Virus record (IMG/VR): IMGVR_UViG_3300024255_000011
Coordinates: 44,851-108,850 of that record
DNA length: 64,000 nucleotides
Origin: a virus
Direction: 5' to 3' (one strand)
The stretch's first letter is position 1, and each line of letters opens with the position of its first letter. Below, in pieces: positions 1 through 12,300 of this stretch. The notes under the pieces are model-generated. The model saw only the letters and a list, made by a program, of their open reading frames with translations, searched no databases and was not told where the DNA came from. A program made the translations under genes and the position numbers.

Positions 1-349
1 TATTTTTATTGGTATCATTAATTGACCAATTGCTCCTACTCCATTCCAGCGGTTTATCATTGCCACTGAAGGCTTCACTCTCACCCATCAAATACTTAAA
101 TTTCCATTTTTTAGTCTTATTGGTACAATCTTCATAATTATAGTCAGTAAACCCATCAGAGGTCCCGCTAAACTTTGAATTGTCGTTGCCTTTAGGACTA
201 AAGTATCCCCCTCCCACATCGAATTCGGGTTTGGCCATTTCGAGAGCAGAATTCAGGGGGGGATTGATTGTACTGTGTCTAAAATTTGAGGATATTCTTA
301 CAGATCGAAATGTTGCAAGACCCGTTTGACTAACGTTTGAATCTGTCAT
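1..349 (-). CDS. Partial hypothetical virion protein (runs off the left edge)
   Basis: ATG at 349 overlaps the stop of the 910-aa gene (TAATG). The frame MTDSNVSQTGLATFRSVRISS... stays open to the window edge. Confidence 0.75.
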   Translation of the reverse strand, partial: MTDSNVSQTGLATFRSVRISSNFRHSTINPPLNSALEMAKPEFDVGGGYFSPKGNDNSKFSGTSDGFTDYNYEDCTNKTKKWKFKYLMGESEAFSGNDKPLEWSRSNWSINDTNKN

Positions 350-3081
350 TAGCTGACCCTCAATTGTAATTGAGAACTACTACTACTGTAGTAAAATCCA
401 CCCACCTCGACGTTACTTTGTTGGCTTTCTCCCAGATAACAAACTTGATCACCTGGGATAAATGGAGTGGCTTTTGTTGAAGTAGGTACCCATGCGCCCC
501 CTTCACCCTTTTCAGGGTCCCAAATTAAACTGTGGCCATCTTGAAGGTCTTTTCCGTCACCATAATCAAAATCTTGTAATTCGTTCGCTGAAATCTTGTA
601 AACATCAACAGAGACCTGACCATTCTCATCGGTCGACATCTTCAGATTGTTAGACCGCGATACTAAGTATGATGTCTTGTTGGCTAGCCCGCTTCCGCCA
701 CCGCCGGTTTGAGGGTATTCACACCATAAGAAATCCTTATTAACAGCATCGGTGCCAAAGATACATCGATCCACATTTTGGATTGTCTTACCTAAAACAT
801 TTAAAATTTTATCTCGGATTTCCAGTGTAGGGGTTTCTGAGAATGAGAAGGTAAAGTTTTGACTGTTAGTGTTAACAAAGGTTACACCATTCGCATTTGC
901 CACCGCTGGATAGTAAGTTGAAGTCGCTTTCTCTCCGTCGAATTTAAAGAAGGTTCTATCTCCATTATCCTCATGTAATAAAAGGTCCCTATGTCCAATT
1001 GTAGTTTTACCAGTATTTTCAACTGAGAATAACTTATAACCTTCTGTGGTGTGTATTTTGAGTCCGTCCTCAGCAGTAGCACTTGGGATTCTGATGTGCA
1101 AACGACCTGTCATATTATCACCTGACTTGAATACAAACAAGTCATTGACATCATCAAGGGTCAGACCAGAGGTTTTATCATAGAACTTAATTTTGTAATT
1201 AAATCCCTGTTGGATAACATCAGAGTTCTTAAAGAGTTCAACACCAGTGATGATCATTACACCATTAGGCTTCACCTCCATTGCTACAGATCTATAAACT
1301 GCGTATGCAGTCGTTCTTGCATCTGAAGATGAGATTTCAAAATAATCACCAACCTTTAGGAGTGCACCAAAATCAAGTGTAACAGGATCATCAGAACCAA
1401 TCACTGATGTCCTGGGATCAATAACAACAACGTCTACGTCTCTTTGTTCTGTATTACCACCATCAACCTGGTAATCTTGAACAAAAGTTTTCCAATCAAA
1501 GATCTTACTTTCTGAGTAAAGAGGATCATTTGAATCTGCAGGTTTAATAGTTGCCGCAATACATTGAGCCCAAAAAAGACCATTTTCGTATTCAGTTGGG
1601 TCATAACTACTAGCGTCGCCCACGTCATATCCTGGATAATGTTTGGACGTATTTGTTGGATCCTCAATATCATATCCTATATTAAGACTATCATCACATT
1701 CTGATGACTCTCCATCTAAAAGCATCCTATACTGGAAGACATCAGTGGCGTTTGCCAGTGTATCGATTCTCTGACTGACGTCTGTAATCTTATTATCCAA
1801 CAATGAATCCATCAGATCCACATAGGCTCTAGGAGGGATAATACCAGGGTTAGCAGAATACTCTGGACTAATCAGGTTAGGGGGGAATAGATATTCTGAG
1901 GCTTTCTCAAGTACTACTCTGTCAGTGATAGTGGTGAACGCTGGGGTTGTAATGGCTCCCAGGTCATCAAATACTTCTGGTTCATACTTAATTTTTGTTG
2001 CACCATTGTGGTTAATGTGCCATGGTCCATTGAAATTGAATTTAGTTATTTCATTGGTAACAATATTAACAATATTCTCTTTAGGATTTGTGATTTCCAA
2101 GACTGGAAAATTCTGATCTAACTGAGAGAATCCAGTGATTTTGAAGGTTGGTCCAATGACTGGGTTTGTCGTTTGGATACCAGTTGTAAGTGCAGCTTGA
2201 ATTGGGTTATTTACATCAGTGATGGATACAAACAACCCTCCACTCATAGAGTCACCAATCTTATTGACATATACTTTATCTAACGTGCTCTGTAGATCGA
2301 TGACTAGCTTTACAAGATATCTGTTATCGCCATCTTGTACAGAAGGTTTTCCTAACAGAGGTTGTGATGCAACATGCTCAACATCAAACTGATACAGATA
2401 AGAAGGATCAGACTGTGTGCTGTTGGCCTCAAGAACTTTTGGGCCAATGTTTATGATCTTATAAAAACCATAATTAAAATTATCAACAACATCATTACCA
2501 TTACCATCCTTAGTAATGTTTATAATCTCAATTAGAGACCCGAGGGTAGCTAGATCTAGATCGATCTTTTCGCCAACTGCTGGGGTGTCACTGATGAACA
2601 CAGACAGTACATCTTGCCATAGATAATTAGATGTAGCGAGATAGAATTTTTTTCTGGAATCCTCAATCGTACTACCTGCAATGCTGTCACTATAGACAGG
2701 CAAGATAGATCTCTTACAAGCATCAAATTCTTCACCGATTGTGCCTGCACAATTATTGGCACTCAGAACCTCAAAGTTTCCTGCGGCAACTGCATCAATC
2801 GCGTATGTGTACTCGTGTTGGATAAGAGTATCATAAAGTTCATTAGAGATCTTGACAATTCTGTCAGTCAACCCATCAATCTGGGCGTAAATTTCAGAAT
2901 CTCCATCCTTTCTGTCTTGAATTTCTCCTTCAATCTTTTGATCTAGTTCACTCAGATCTGTATTGAAATCGTCAAGTACGTATCCTGCGATATCAGAAAG
3001 GGTAGTAGTTCCTTTTTTATATCGTTTGGATCCGCCATCACCTCTTTGAACGTAAAACTGATCGTTTGGTAAAAGTGCCAT
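349..3081 (-). CDS. Putative tail fibre / virion structural protein, 910 aa
   Basis: Fibre motifs YVNKIGDSMSG, FVFKSGDNMTG and DAVNK, plus coiled-coil segments. Shares a domain (GD.+E+...Y.+Y) with the 507-aa protein. Confidence 0.7.
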   Translation of the reverse strand: MALLPNDQFYVQRGDGGSKRYKKGTTTLSDIAGYVLDDFNTDLSELDQKIEGEIQDRKDGDSEIYAQIDGLTDRIVKISNELYDTLIQHEYTYAIDAVAAGNFEVLSANNCAGTIGEEFDACKRSILPVYSDSIAGSTIEDSRKKFYLATSNYLWQDVLSVFISDTPAVGEKIDLDLATLGSLIEIINITKDGNGNDVVDNFNYGFYKIINIGPKVLEANSTQSDPSYLYQFDVEHVASQPLLGKPSVQDGDNRYLVKLVIDLQSTLDKVYVNKIGDSMSGGLFVSITDVNNPIQAALTTGIQTTNPVIGPTFKITGFSQLDQNFPVLEITNPKENIVNIVTNEITKFNFNGPWHINHNGATKIKYEPEVFDDLGAITTPAFTTITDRVVLEKASEYLFPPNLISPEYSANPGIIPPRAYVDLMDSLLDNKITDVSQRIDTLANATDVFQYRMLLDGESSECDDSLNIGYDIEDPTNTSKHYPGYDVGDASSYDPTEYENGLFWAQCIAATIKPADSNDPLYSESKIFDWKTFVQDYQVDGGNTEQRDVDVVVIDPRTSVIGSDDPVTLDFGALLKVGDYFEISSSDARTTAYAVYRSVAMEVKPNGVMIITGVELFKNSDVIQQGFNYKIKFYDKTSGLTLDDVNDLFVFKSGDNMTGRLHIRIPSATAEDGLKIHTTEGYKLFSVENTGKTTIGHRDLLLHEDNGDRTFFKFDGEKATSTYYPAVANANGVTFVNTNSQNFTFSFSETPTLEIRDKILNVLGKTIQNVDRCIFGTDAVNKDFLWCEYPQTGGGGSGLANKTSYLVSRSNNLKMSTDENGQVSVDVYKISANELQDFDYGDGKDLQDGHSLIWDPEKGEGGAWVPTSTKATPFIPGDQVCYLGESQQSNVEVGGFYYSSSSSQLQLRVS

Positions 3082-3085
3082 TTTA

Positions 3086-3307
3086 TTAAATCTCGGTTAA
3101 ATCCTGAACATCAAAGTCGGTAATAATATTACCTTTAGATGCAATGTGAGTAATTGGTAAGTTTGCCACGAACTCTACAGAATCGAATCCGACAAGTTCC
3201 CAACGGTTCTTGCCTTCACTATACTGCCAAGTTCTGTTGATTTGGGTACCATTTACGATGTTGGTACCATTATCAACTGAGGGGTCTGTTGGAAACGGTA
3301 GTGCCAT
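3086..3307 (-). CDS. Small fibre-adaptor-like protein, 73 aa
   Basis: N-terminal MALPFPTDP...W.Y....RW motif shared with neighbouring genes. Late promoter box upstream. Confidence 0.7.
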   Translation of the reverse strand: MALPFPTDPSVDNGTNIVNGTQINRTWQYSEGKNRWELVGFDSVEFVANLPITHIASKGNIITDFDVQDLTEI

Positions 3308-3333
3308 GTTTTTTAGTTTTAGTTATTTATTAG

Positions 3334-6300
3334 TTATTCATCGGGATGAGGTGGGTTGTCATATTGATGTATTGGTGCCAAATTAGAAATGACGAAAGTC
3401 CTACCAGTTTTAACATTATCCTCACCAACCCAGATACATGCCGAAATACCTTTAAAGTGAACTCCAGCTGGGATCTTTTGATCACCCATAAGTCTCATAT
3501 GAATGAGGTTATTGTTTTTATTGAGTTGGTTCATCTGATGATTAGATGAAGTATTATCGAAGCTGTTTCTGAACTTGTAGTTTGTAGAGCTGTCTGGAGT
3601 AAGTTTAACTGCAACACTCTTAAGAATTGTGTCGGGTTCCAAAAGATCTGGAACATCAAAACTTAGATGCATCTGAACAATCTGCCAGTTTCCTGCGTTT
3701 TCTGTTTTGCTATTGTAATCATAGAATAACATGTCAAACTCGATACCAGGTATGAATTCTCCATTGGGTATCTTAAAACCAAATGGGTCTTTCTCGGTAC
3801 CATTAAGTATCTCCCAACCATAGCAGTGGTTAGATGAATTAGATGAATACATCACATCTGTGGTTAACCCAGCTCCTCTGACACTAAAGATATTGTCAAT
3901 ATTATTAGCGGAACCAAAAGTGGTTGGATAAGAAGTGACATTGCGTCCACTATCATAGTTGGAAGCTAACTTGTATTGGGCTCCTGCGTATGATTTCCAG
4001 AAACCTTGTTTACCCATTTGAGGTGAGTATGTCAAGCTAGGTTGGAACCACTTCTTTCTGATATCAAATCCAGTCAATTGACGATTTTCATCAATCGAAG
4101 TGTCAATGGCATATGATCGATATGAAGTAGTACTAGTTTTGTAGGGGTCATCAAGTTCTACGTTTCTGAACCCAGTATCACCGTCCCATGGAACATATTT
4201 ACGTAATGCCTTTCTGACATTGCCACCATCCAACTGAGTGTAATTGAATCCATGAGTTGCAGTCAAGTTCATGACTTCGAACTCTTTTTTGAGCGTGTTA
4301 TCACCAGTAGATTTGACACACTTTGCATTTGTCAAATGGAACAAGTATCCATTGTGTCTGACTCTCATTATTCTAGCCCACGCTCTGACAGCATGGTCTG
4401 CAACAAAGTTGAAATATATTGGATCATTACTTAACCCAGTATAGAACTCTTCATCATTTGTAATGTACTCTGGGTTAAATGGATCACCATATGTACGTTT
4501 ATTATCTTCAGTAATCTCAATCTTTTTCCTTCTGATTGGATACTTGTTTCCAGGTCCTTCATCTACCATCTCAAGTAGAGTTTCGAATGGTGCCATCGCG
4601 GCGAAGTATAGCAAGAACCCAAGTAGAGCCGCCAACAGTGCTGCAATTGCCATGAGGATTTCCTTCAGGAAGGGAATATCATCAAGGTGAAGATCTTTAT
4701 GTACCCTCTTATATTTCCAAGGACTTAAGTGACCATCTGGACTCCAAGTTTTTGGGTTAATACCACTCGTTGGCGTGTTTTTATTACTCTTGTCGCAAAC
4801 AACAAAGAATATATAATCATACCCTATTGGAGCTGTAAGAGTAAACTTTTTGTCTACTTTTGAATTTGGATCCAATACTCTACTATTATACTTGAAATCA
4901 GTCTTAGTCGGCCGCTTATCACCAAAGGGATTGTTGGGCCCGTCTCCAACAGATTTACACCACACAACTTGATACCTAAGATCTTTTGATTTCGTGTTGT
5001 TGTTATAAGACGGAACACCACTTTCCATCCATGAAGCATACTTAAACTCATAAGTACTACCACCAATAATCTTACCACCATTTTTAGGAGGTTGTGCGGC
5101 ACTATATCTCCATCTTGTTTCTGAGAGATCGAACTCTTTGCCTGATACTAGATTTTTGTTTCCAGGGAAAGACGGACCTCTTTGCCACTCTTTCTTTTTG
5201 ATACGAACAGGTACTTCCTCTCCGCGTGGACTCCAGTCTTCAAATGATCTACCGGAATCAGCATCGAAGTTACCAACACCAAAGATAATATACTTCGGAT
5301 GTACATCCTCGTGAGGCTCAATTGGAACGGTACTTCCCTTTGCTGAGCGTTTAGCGAATGTGCCTTGATAATGGAAATAGAATCTATCATTATTATCATT
5401 CGGACTCAAATGCTTTCTCTCCTCAACCACAAACACGGACAGAGCGAAATCGATATTTTGTGTGAGTTCAACATAGAAGTCATCAAGGTGAGCATCACCA
5501 TTGATACTCAATGTATTCAGTGGTTTGATCCACTTAGAATCCGTAAACTCTGGTAAATATTGTTTCCCCGGTGCTCCTGGTTGGTCCCAAGTATGACCAG
5601 TATCACCCCAATAGGCGGGCCCAGTTATTGAATCTACCTCTCTGAAGGTCAATGGTGAAGGTTCTCCCTTAGGACTCCAATCAGTAACTAGAGGAGTTTC
5701 GTGTATGGCCTTGATGTATGTTGCAGACAGGATGAGGCCATCCTTGGAAACGTCGATATTGATTTCCTGTTGGGTGTCCTGAAAATTTGCAATCTTCTTA
5801 AATTGTAGATCAACCCTATTTGTTAATGGATTTAAGGGATCTGGATTTTGGGTTGGATCAAACTCATAAATTTGGATTTCTTGGAAGTGAGCGAGCGCAG
5901 TCGCTGATTTTGGTTTAACTTGGTATCTACGACCAGCTTTGACCTTAATGTATCTCAGAGGTGATTCGAAATGAGTGTTACCAAATTCAGGAGGATCTAC
6001 AGCTTCTTGTTCACCACCCCAATACAGGGGCCCTTCAGTTTTCCACTTTTCTTGTTCTTTAAATTTAAAACGAACAGGTTCCCCATCTCTATTAAATTTT
6101 CCAATAGCTTGCTTGCCATACCAACCATAGAATATCCTTGTTACTCCCTTAGGAGTCTTAAAGGTCATGCCATCACTCTGAGTGTCGGTTGTAATTACTG
6201 GACCCTTTTCATAGAACATATCCCTTACTTTGTCGGGTATATGATAGCTATTATCGACAATGAGCCAACGAAGTAGATCCTCTGGGTGTGTACCTTGTAG

Positions 6301-9300
6301 TGGGATGGGAGGCCAAGACTTCGTATTATCACTTTCATCCTCAGCCCATTGTTGCATTTGGGCCCAGTTATTTTTGTTATCGTCTTTGATGTACCATATC
6401 TGATACGTACCACCTGATGAATTGAAGTCTGTATTCTTTTCAATAGTGTAGTAGGTTTCTGCCTTGACAGAATGTGTATTGAGACCTTTATAAAAATGGG
6501 GATCTGCTACAGATGGGAAGGTGTCCTTGCCCGATGAGTAGTATGCTGGCCCACTATAGGGCATCTCAGTCAGTGCCTCAAACTTGTGGTTGGTGGGTTC
6601 ACCACTCTTACTCCAACTGTCTGGTCCTCTTTCAGAAGCATCGAAGTCAAATGCACCAAAGACAATGGTGTCATTTTCTGCAGTGAAATCAAAGTGAGAC
6701 AATTGTCTGTTTACATATCTACCAGCAACCCAATCTCTAAAGTTTGATGCATCAGGCTTCAACTGTTTGATTTTATTTGAACTCCACATACGCATCTCAT
6801 GAGGAAGATGGAGTTTATAATCATCAGGTTTGTAGATGTTATTATTGTATACATCATTTTGAAGTTTAGTGATCCTATACCTTCTACCTTTCCTGATGTT
6901 TGGTTCATCGTTCTTTTCGCCTAGAACAAAAGTATCACCATAGTAGTAATCATTTTGTCCACCAGCAGAATGTGTTGGGTCTTCACCCCTCTCAATGTTA
7001 GGATACGCGTAGTAGTCAGTTACGTGCGCTCCTGGTTGGAATCCAGGGTTTGGAAGGTGTCCCTCCTGATCATACCCAGCCCAGTAAGCGGGACCTTGGA
7101 GCTCCTCAAGAGGCTCCTCTTTCCAGTAGACTCTAAGGTTTTCTCCTCTTGGATTCCATCCAGTTAGACCTGTACCTCCTTCTGATACTCTCCTTGCTCC
7201 AGTATGCCATGCACCTGATACTACCACACTCCAATTGTAGTCAATAATTTCTGGGAAGGTGAAATAAATTGCATTATCCTCACCATTGAAACTTCTATTA
7301 TTGCGTTGGTGCCAGGCCCATCTATCTTCAACAGGAACATCCTGGTTACCACAAACACCCATCATCCTAAAGTCTTTATTACCTGGTACGTTTAGGTCTC
7401 TTGGTGCTTGACCAAGAAGGAAAACGTGCATGTAGTTGGGGTTTGGTTTTTCAAGAGTAGGGTCAGCGGATGTCCATATCTTATACCTCTTACCTGGTTG
7501 CCATTGTACAGCAGTGCCTTCGTCAGTTGGTACCGCACCATTCAGAGGGTTAACCCAATGATTATTCTTAAGTTGATCAGTTGTTACGAGTGAGTACTTA
7601 TTTGGATATGTCGCATCATTTTCCCAGTCAATCCAGTACTGAGACATATCATTCGCATCTTTTTTGACCTCTCTGTACAATTCCAAGTAAAGAGGTTCAC
7701 CTTTTTTAGACCACTGTTCCTCAGATTTGCCAGCAGCATATACCTTATATTGAATATATTCTGATTGACAGAAGATGGTAACTACCTGCTCATCGTTAAG
7801 CCCTGATCTCCATACAAACTCCTCCATCTGGAATTCTTGAGCATCATTCTGAGACAGACCCTCCCTCTTAATGAATCTAAAGACAATATCAACGTTTGGT
7901 GTTCTGGCAGTTTTCTTAAATGCATATAGAATGCGTTGATTGGCGGGAGGTGGATTCTTAACGTCTATGATATCATCAGAGTTAATGTCAAATACACGTT
8001 CATATTGTTTTTTGGTTTGATCACTTTCATATAATTGACCCTCTAATTCTGACTGTGTTTGTCCGTCTAACCTTAGGATCTCTTTCATCTCTTGTGTGAG
8101 ATGTATCATTGGTTTGTCGTACCTTGACCAGTTAGGTTCTTTGGGGTTATTGCTGCTGTAAACTTCTTCGGAAGCCCAGAATCCACAACCTGTAACATCA
8201 GGCACTTCAGTGATTTCTACATCAATCCCTTCACCAAATCTACTCCAATATTCATTAATGGGTCTGTCTACTAGGGGATTGCCCTTGTCATCATCTGTTT
8301 GGTCATAACGGAATGCACCAAAGAATAGGTAGTCTCCTTGAGCTTCAACCTCAATTGTTTTTGAAGCCCCTGAGTGTTTTGGTCTCAGAAGCAAAGAGTT
8401 ATCATCTTCGTAGTGGTAAAACTTTCTGTTGGGATCACTACCAATTTCTTTATTTCCGAAACTAGGATCTTCGTAGTAATTAGGTTGAATACATCTATCA
8501 TCTGTCCCCCAAATTATTCTATGGGTGTAGATCATGTTATCCCCAGGTGTGATATGGTATTTTCTACCTTTCCTTACCCTAATTGAGTTGTATGTCTCAT
8601 TGTAATCATTCAAAGGGAAGTTATAATATGCACTATTGAAGTCTGGATATCCTCTAAATCCCTTTCTGACATCAGTAACTGATCCAAAATCTCCAAATGC
8701 CCAGTAAGCAGGACCTTTTCTCAAGTCTCTGTTGCCCCTCGCACCACCCATGTGCTCAATTGATACCTCTGGGGCTTGATTTACATGGTCACTTGTACTG
8801 ATAGACACTGGCTCACCATTATTTTTCCAGTCTGCCTTAACACGGTTCGTGTTTCTGGCATGAAAGATCATATGACTAGAAGGAGGTGTGACAACAAACC
8901 CATTGTAATCATTCTTAAGTATAGTTCCACCGTAAATGAAGTTTACATGATCATCTGGGAGATCTTTTTCTGGGAAGTTGTCAACATCAAGTCCGTGATT
9001 TGTCTCAAGTACAAAGTAAATGTCATAATCATACTTGGTTCTAGTGTCTAGTTCACCAGTATTAACATCACCTGAGTACGCAGAAACTTTTAATCTTTCG
9101 CCTTCTTCTACACGCACATTATTTGGTCTCTGACCAAAGAGACCATCAAAATCTTCGCCAGGCAGATATCTATTAAAATGATTCAGTGGTGTTTGCCACA
9201 CATCATCATGGAAATTGGGTCTTTCTCTGTTGATATGGAGCTCACCCCAGTATCCTGGACCATGAATCCATTTTGCTCTGTCAATTTTTTCTGTAATCGT

Positions 9301-12300
9301 CCAAGGTTCACCTCGGTTACCCCAATCCTCTTGATCTATTCTATCAGGAGCTATAGCACCAAGCAGTATCTGAGCGTCTCTATTGGCCAACTGAAATGTT
9401 CTGTAGTTTTCGTATCCAGTTCCCTTAACAAAGGTTCTTTCTGTCCACTCACGTCTCCAAGAATCATCACCATCATTGGAAATATCAGTACCCTCTGGGT
9501 ACTCTGAGACCCATAACTTCTGTTTAATTGGTGCTGGTCTCGATCTCAACTCCTCGTAAATATTATCTTCTGGTGGAATACCATAAATTCTGTAGTATCC
9601 AGGTTGACCAACATATTGCTGACCTTTACCTGCCGACTCATGTGAAATTGGCTTAATCCAATATTCATCATTCAAGTCTGGCAGTTGACCAATACTCCAA
9701 CCATATGGTTTGGTGTCAAGTACCGCGGCAGTCTGAACGTCGGAATAATATGTGGCACCTTTGATCTCCGTTCCATCATATCCATCATAAGGATCGCCCT
9801 TAATTTTTGGTGTTACAAGTACATCAATATACTTACCCTCATTAAGTTTACCTTCATAGTCAATACCCATGTAATTATATCCAGGTGGGTAGTATTCCCT
9901 CTTTACTTTCGATCCTTTTTTGGTGTTGTTGACCCCAAACCACTGCCAGAATGAAGCACGCATGTACCTTTTCTTGGGTTTATACGATTTGTATCCTGTA
10001 GCGTTCCTCTTGTCGCAGTTATATCCCTCAACGGTTGGGCCTTGACTATCTCCAGCAACCCAAGGACCATCTTTAGTGCTTGCAAACCACCAAGTAATAC
10101 CAAAGTCAGACGGACCTTTATGTTCGCACTTTGGTACAATGAAATTGTAATAGATACTCATTTCATCGTCACTAAATGGCCCATAAGTATGACAAATATT
10201 AGTAGGAAGTTTGTCGTACATTGACCAATCTGGCATGGCTGCAGTACTTCCAGATGGAACACAGTACAATCCACGCCATTCTTGTGCAGTAAAATCTGGT
10301 CTATTATCATAGTAGTTGGTCACCAGAATGTCTACACCAGGTTCAGCTTCAGTGGCTACTCTGTTTCTTGCGTCGAATGTGGCAGGCTCTGGTGCTGGCC
10401 CATCATACAGTGAGTACACATCAAAATTTACACTACCATCGTGTTCGTGTCTGTCCAACACAGTGATAATTTCTTGTCCATTACTATCATATGTGCGGTA
10501 TTCGCACTCTGAATATTTGAAATAGTTAGAGATTTGTCCGCCTGCATCCATGCAAGCATCGCACCATCCGAAATGTCCTTTATTATATTGATCTGATGTG
10601 TATACAAATCCTGTTTCCAGAACTACAGCCAAAGCTCCATTGACATATCTGAACTTTGATGCTCTCTTTTCTTTTGTAACATCACGAATGAAGTTAATAA
10701 GATTCAGTTGATCGTTGTCAGTATTTCTATCAAGTAAATACTCACCAATTTGCTCAAAGTCGAAGTCTTGATTGAGTACCCTTGTGGCCTCTCTATTTCT
10801 GATGATATATCCTGTCAGAAGGTTATTGATAACCTCCCTCCAGCTGAGATCTTCACCATTCTTAATTTTTTGAGAAATGTTATCAACAGATACAATTACT
10901 TTATGATCGTATTCTTTTTCTACACCAAGTTGTTTATTGATATAGAAGTTGGTCATATCATACAGAACAGCAAGTGCAGTATGAGTTTGTGGGTCATCAG
11001 TAATTTTGCGTGCAGATAATTTCCTAAACGATCCACGTTTGATAATTTCTTTGAGGTTAAATCCAAACTCACTAAAGTTATTTGAAATGGATTTCTGAAT
11101 CGCATTGCACTTATCGATGGCATTTTGAATGATTGCCTTGTCGTGATCGTTATACTCGCCTGTCCCGCCACCTGTTGGGTCCTCTAACTCATCAAGATTG
11201 AAAGACCCAACGCCTTCGGCTTCGGGAGTTTCTGAAGGTGGTCTCCAGTCAGGCCTGTCCCCAGTAATTTCACTAATGAGCTCAATTAGAGTCATGTCCT
11301 CAAGGGCTTCCATTGCTTCTTGAAGTTTTTTGACATTAGCTTCAAGAAGACCAGAAGAGGTGTCAATCCTATTCATTGTATAGGCAAACTTTATACCTAC
11401 GTTTGATTTCGTTTCCGCAGAGACGTTATAGTGTGATCTAAAAAATCCTGACATGCCAACGACGCCATAGTCAAGACCTTCCGTTGGTTGATTTGGATAT
11501 CCCATTTGATCCCTGCCCCTACTGTTTCCAAGGACAAACACCCATTTTCGATCCGATTCATTATCTTCATAAACCATACCAGAACCTTTCGGTTGATCGG
11601 CGAACGCATTGTTTCCACCAGGCATGGAATGGAATCCAGCTCTTAGATATAAATCGCAGTTACTTGGGCCATTGGTCAGCTTACCAGACTGCCATTTGTC
11701 CATGGACTTATGGATAGTAGTTCCAACTCTATCCATAGCATCGACTGCATCTTCCTTTTTATCTAAGAAAGGGTGCACCCAAATAAACTTCTTTGGTTCT
11801 GCAGTAATAAACTTAACTACCTTTTCTGGTAAGTTCAAAATCCTGTGGGGATTCATTGGTTCATTATCAATACCATCTGGCATACCCAGTTTTACGAGTC
11901 TAACCTTGAGTGAATTCTGAGTTTGGTATCCATTTTCTGGGGCTACAGTATAATTCTTATAATCCCATCCAGACCTATACCAGATTTCTAATCCTGGACA
12001 TTCTGGAAATTGATGTATACTATCAACATTGATATTTTCTGGGCTCCAAGGTTGACTTTCATCTAGTTTAATTTGACCACCGTGACAAAAGATAACATCC
12101 CTCAATATATCACCAGGCAACCATGCTGCTTCTTCTAGTAACTCATTGAGTGTTTCTTCGTCAATATCAATGTTATCGAATATCGGGTTACTGACAGTAG
12201 ACACACCACTACCTATAGTGGATACTGTGACGTCGTCTACAATTTGATAATTGAGGTCGTTTAACTGTTGGTTATTAGAATCGCTGGACGAGTCGTTGGT

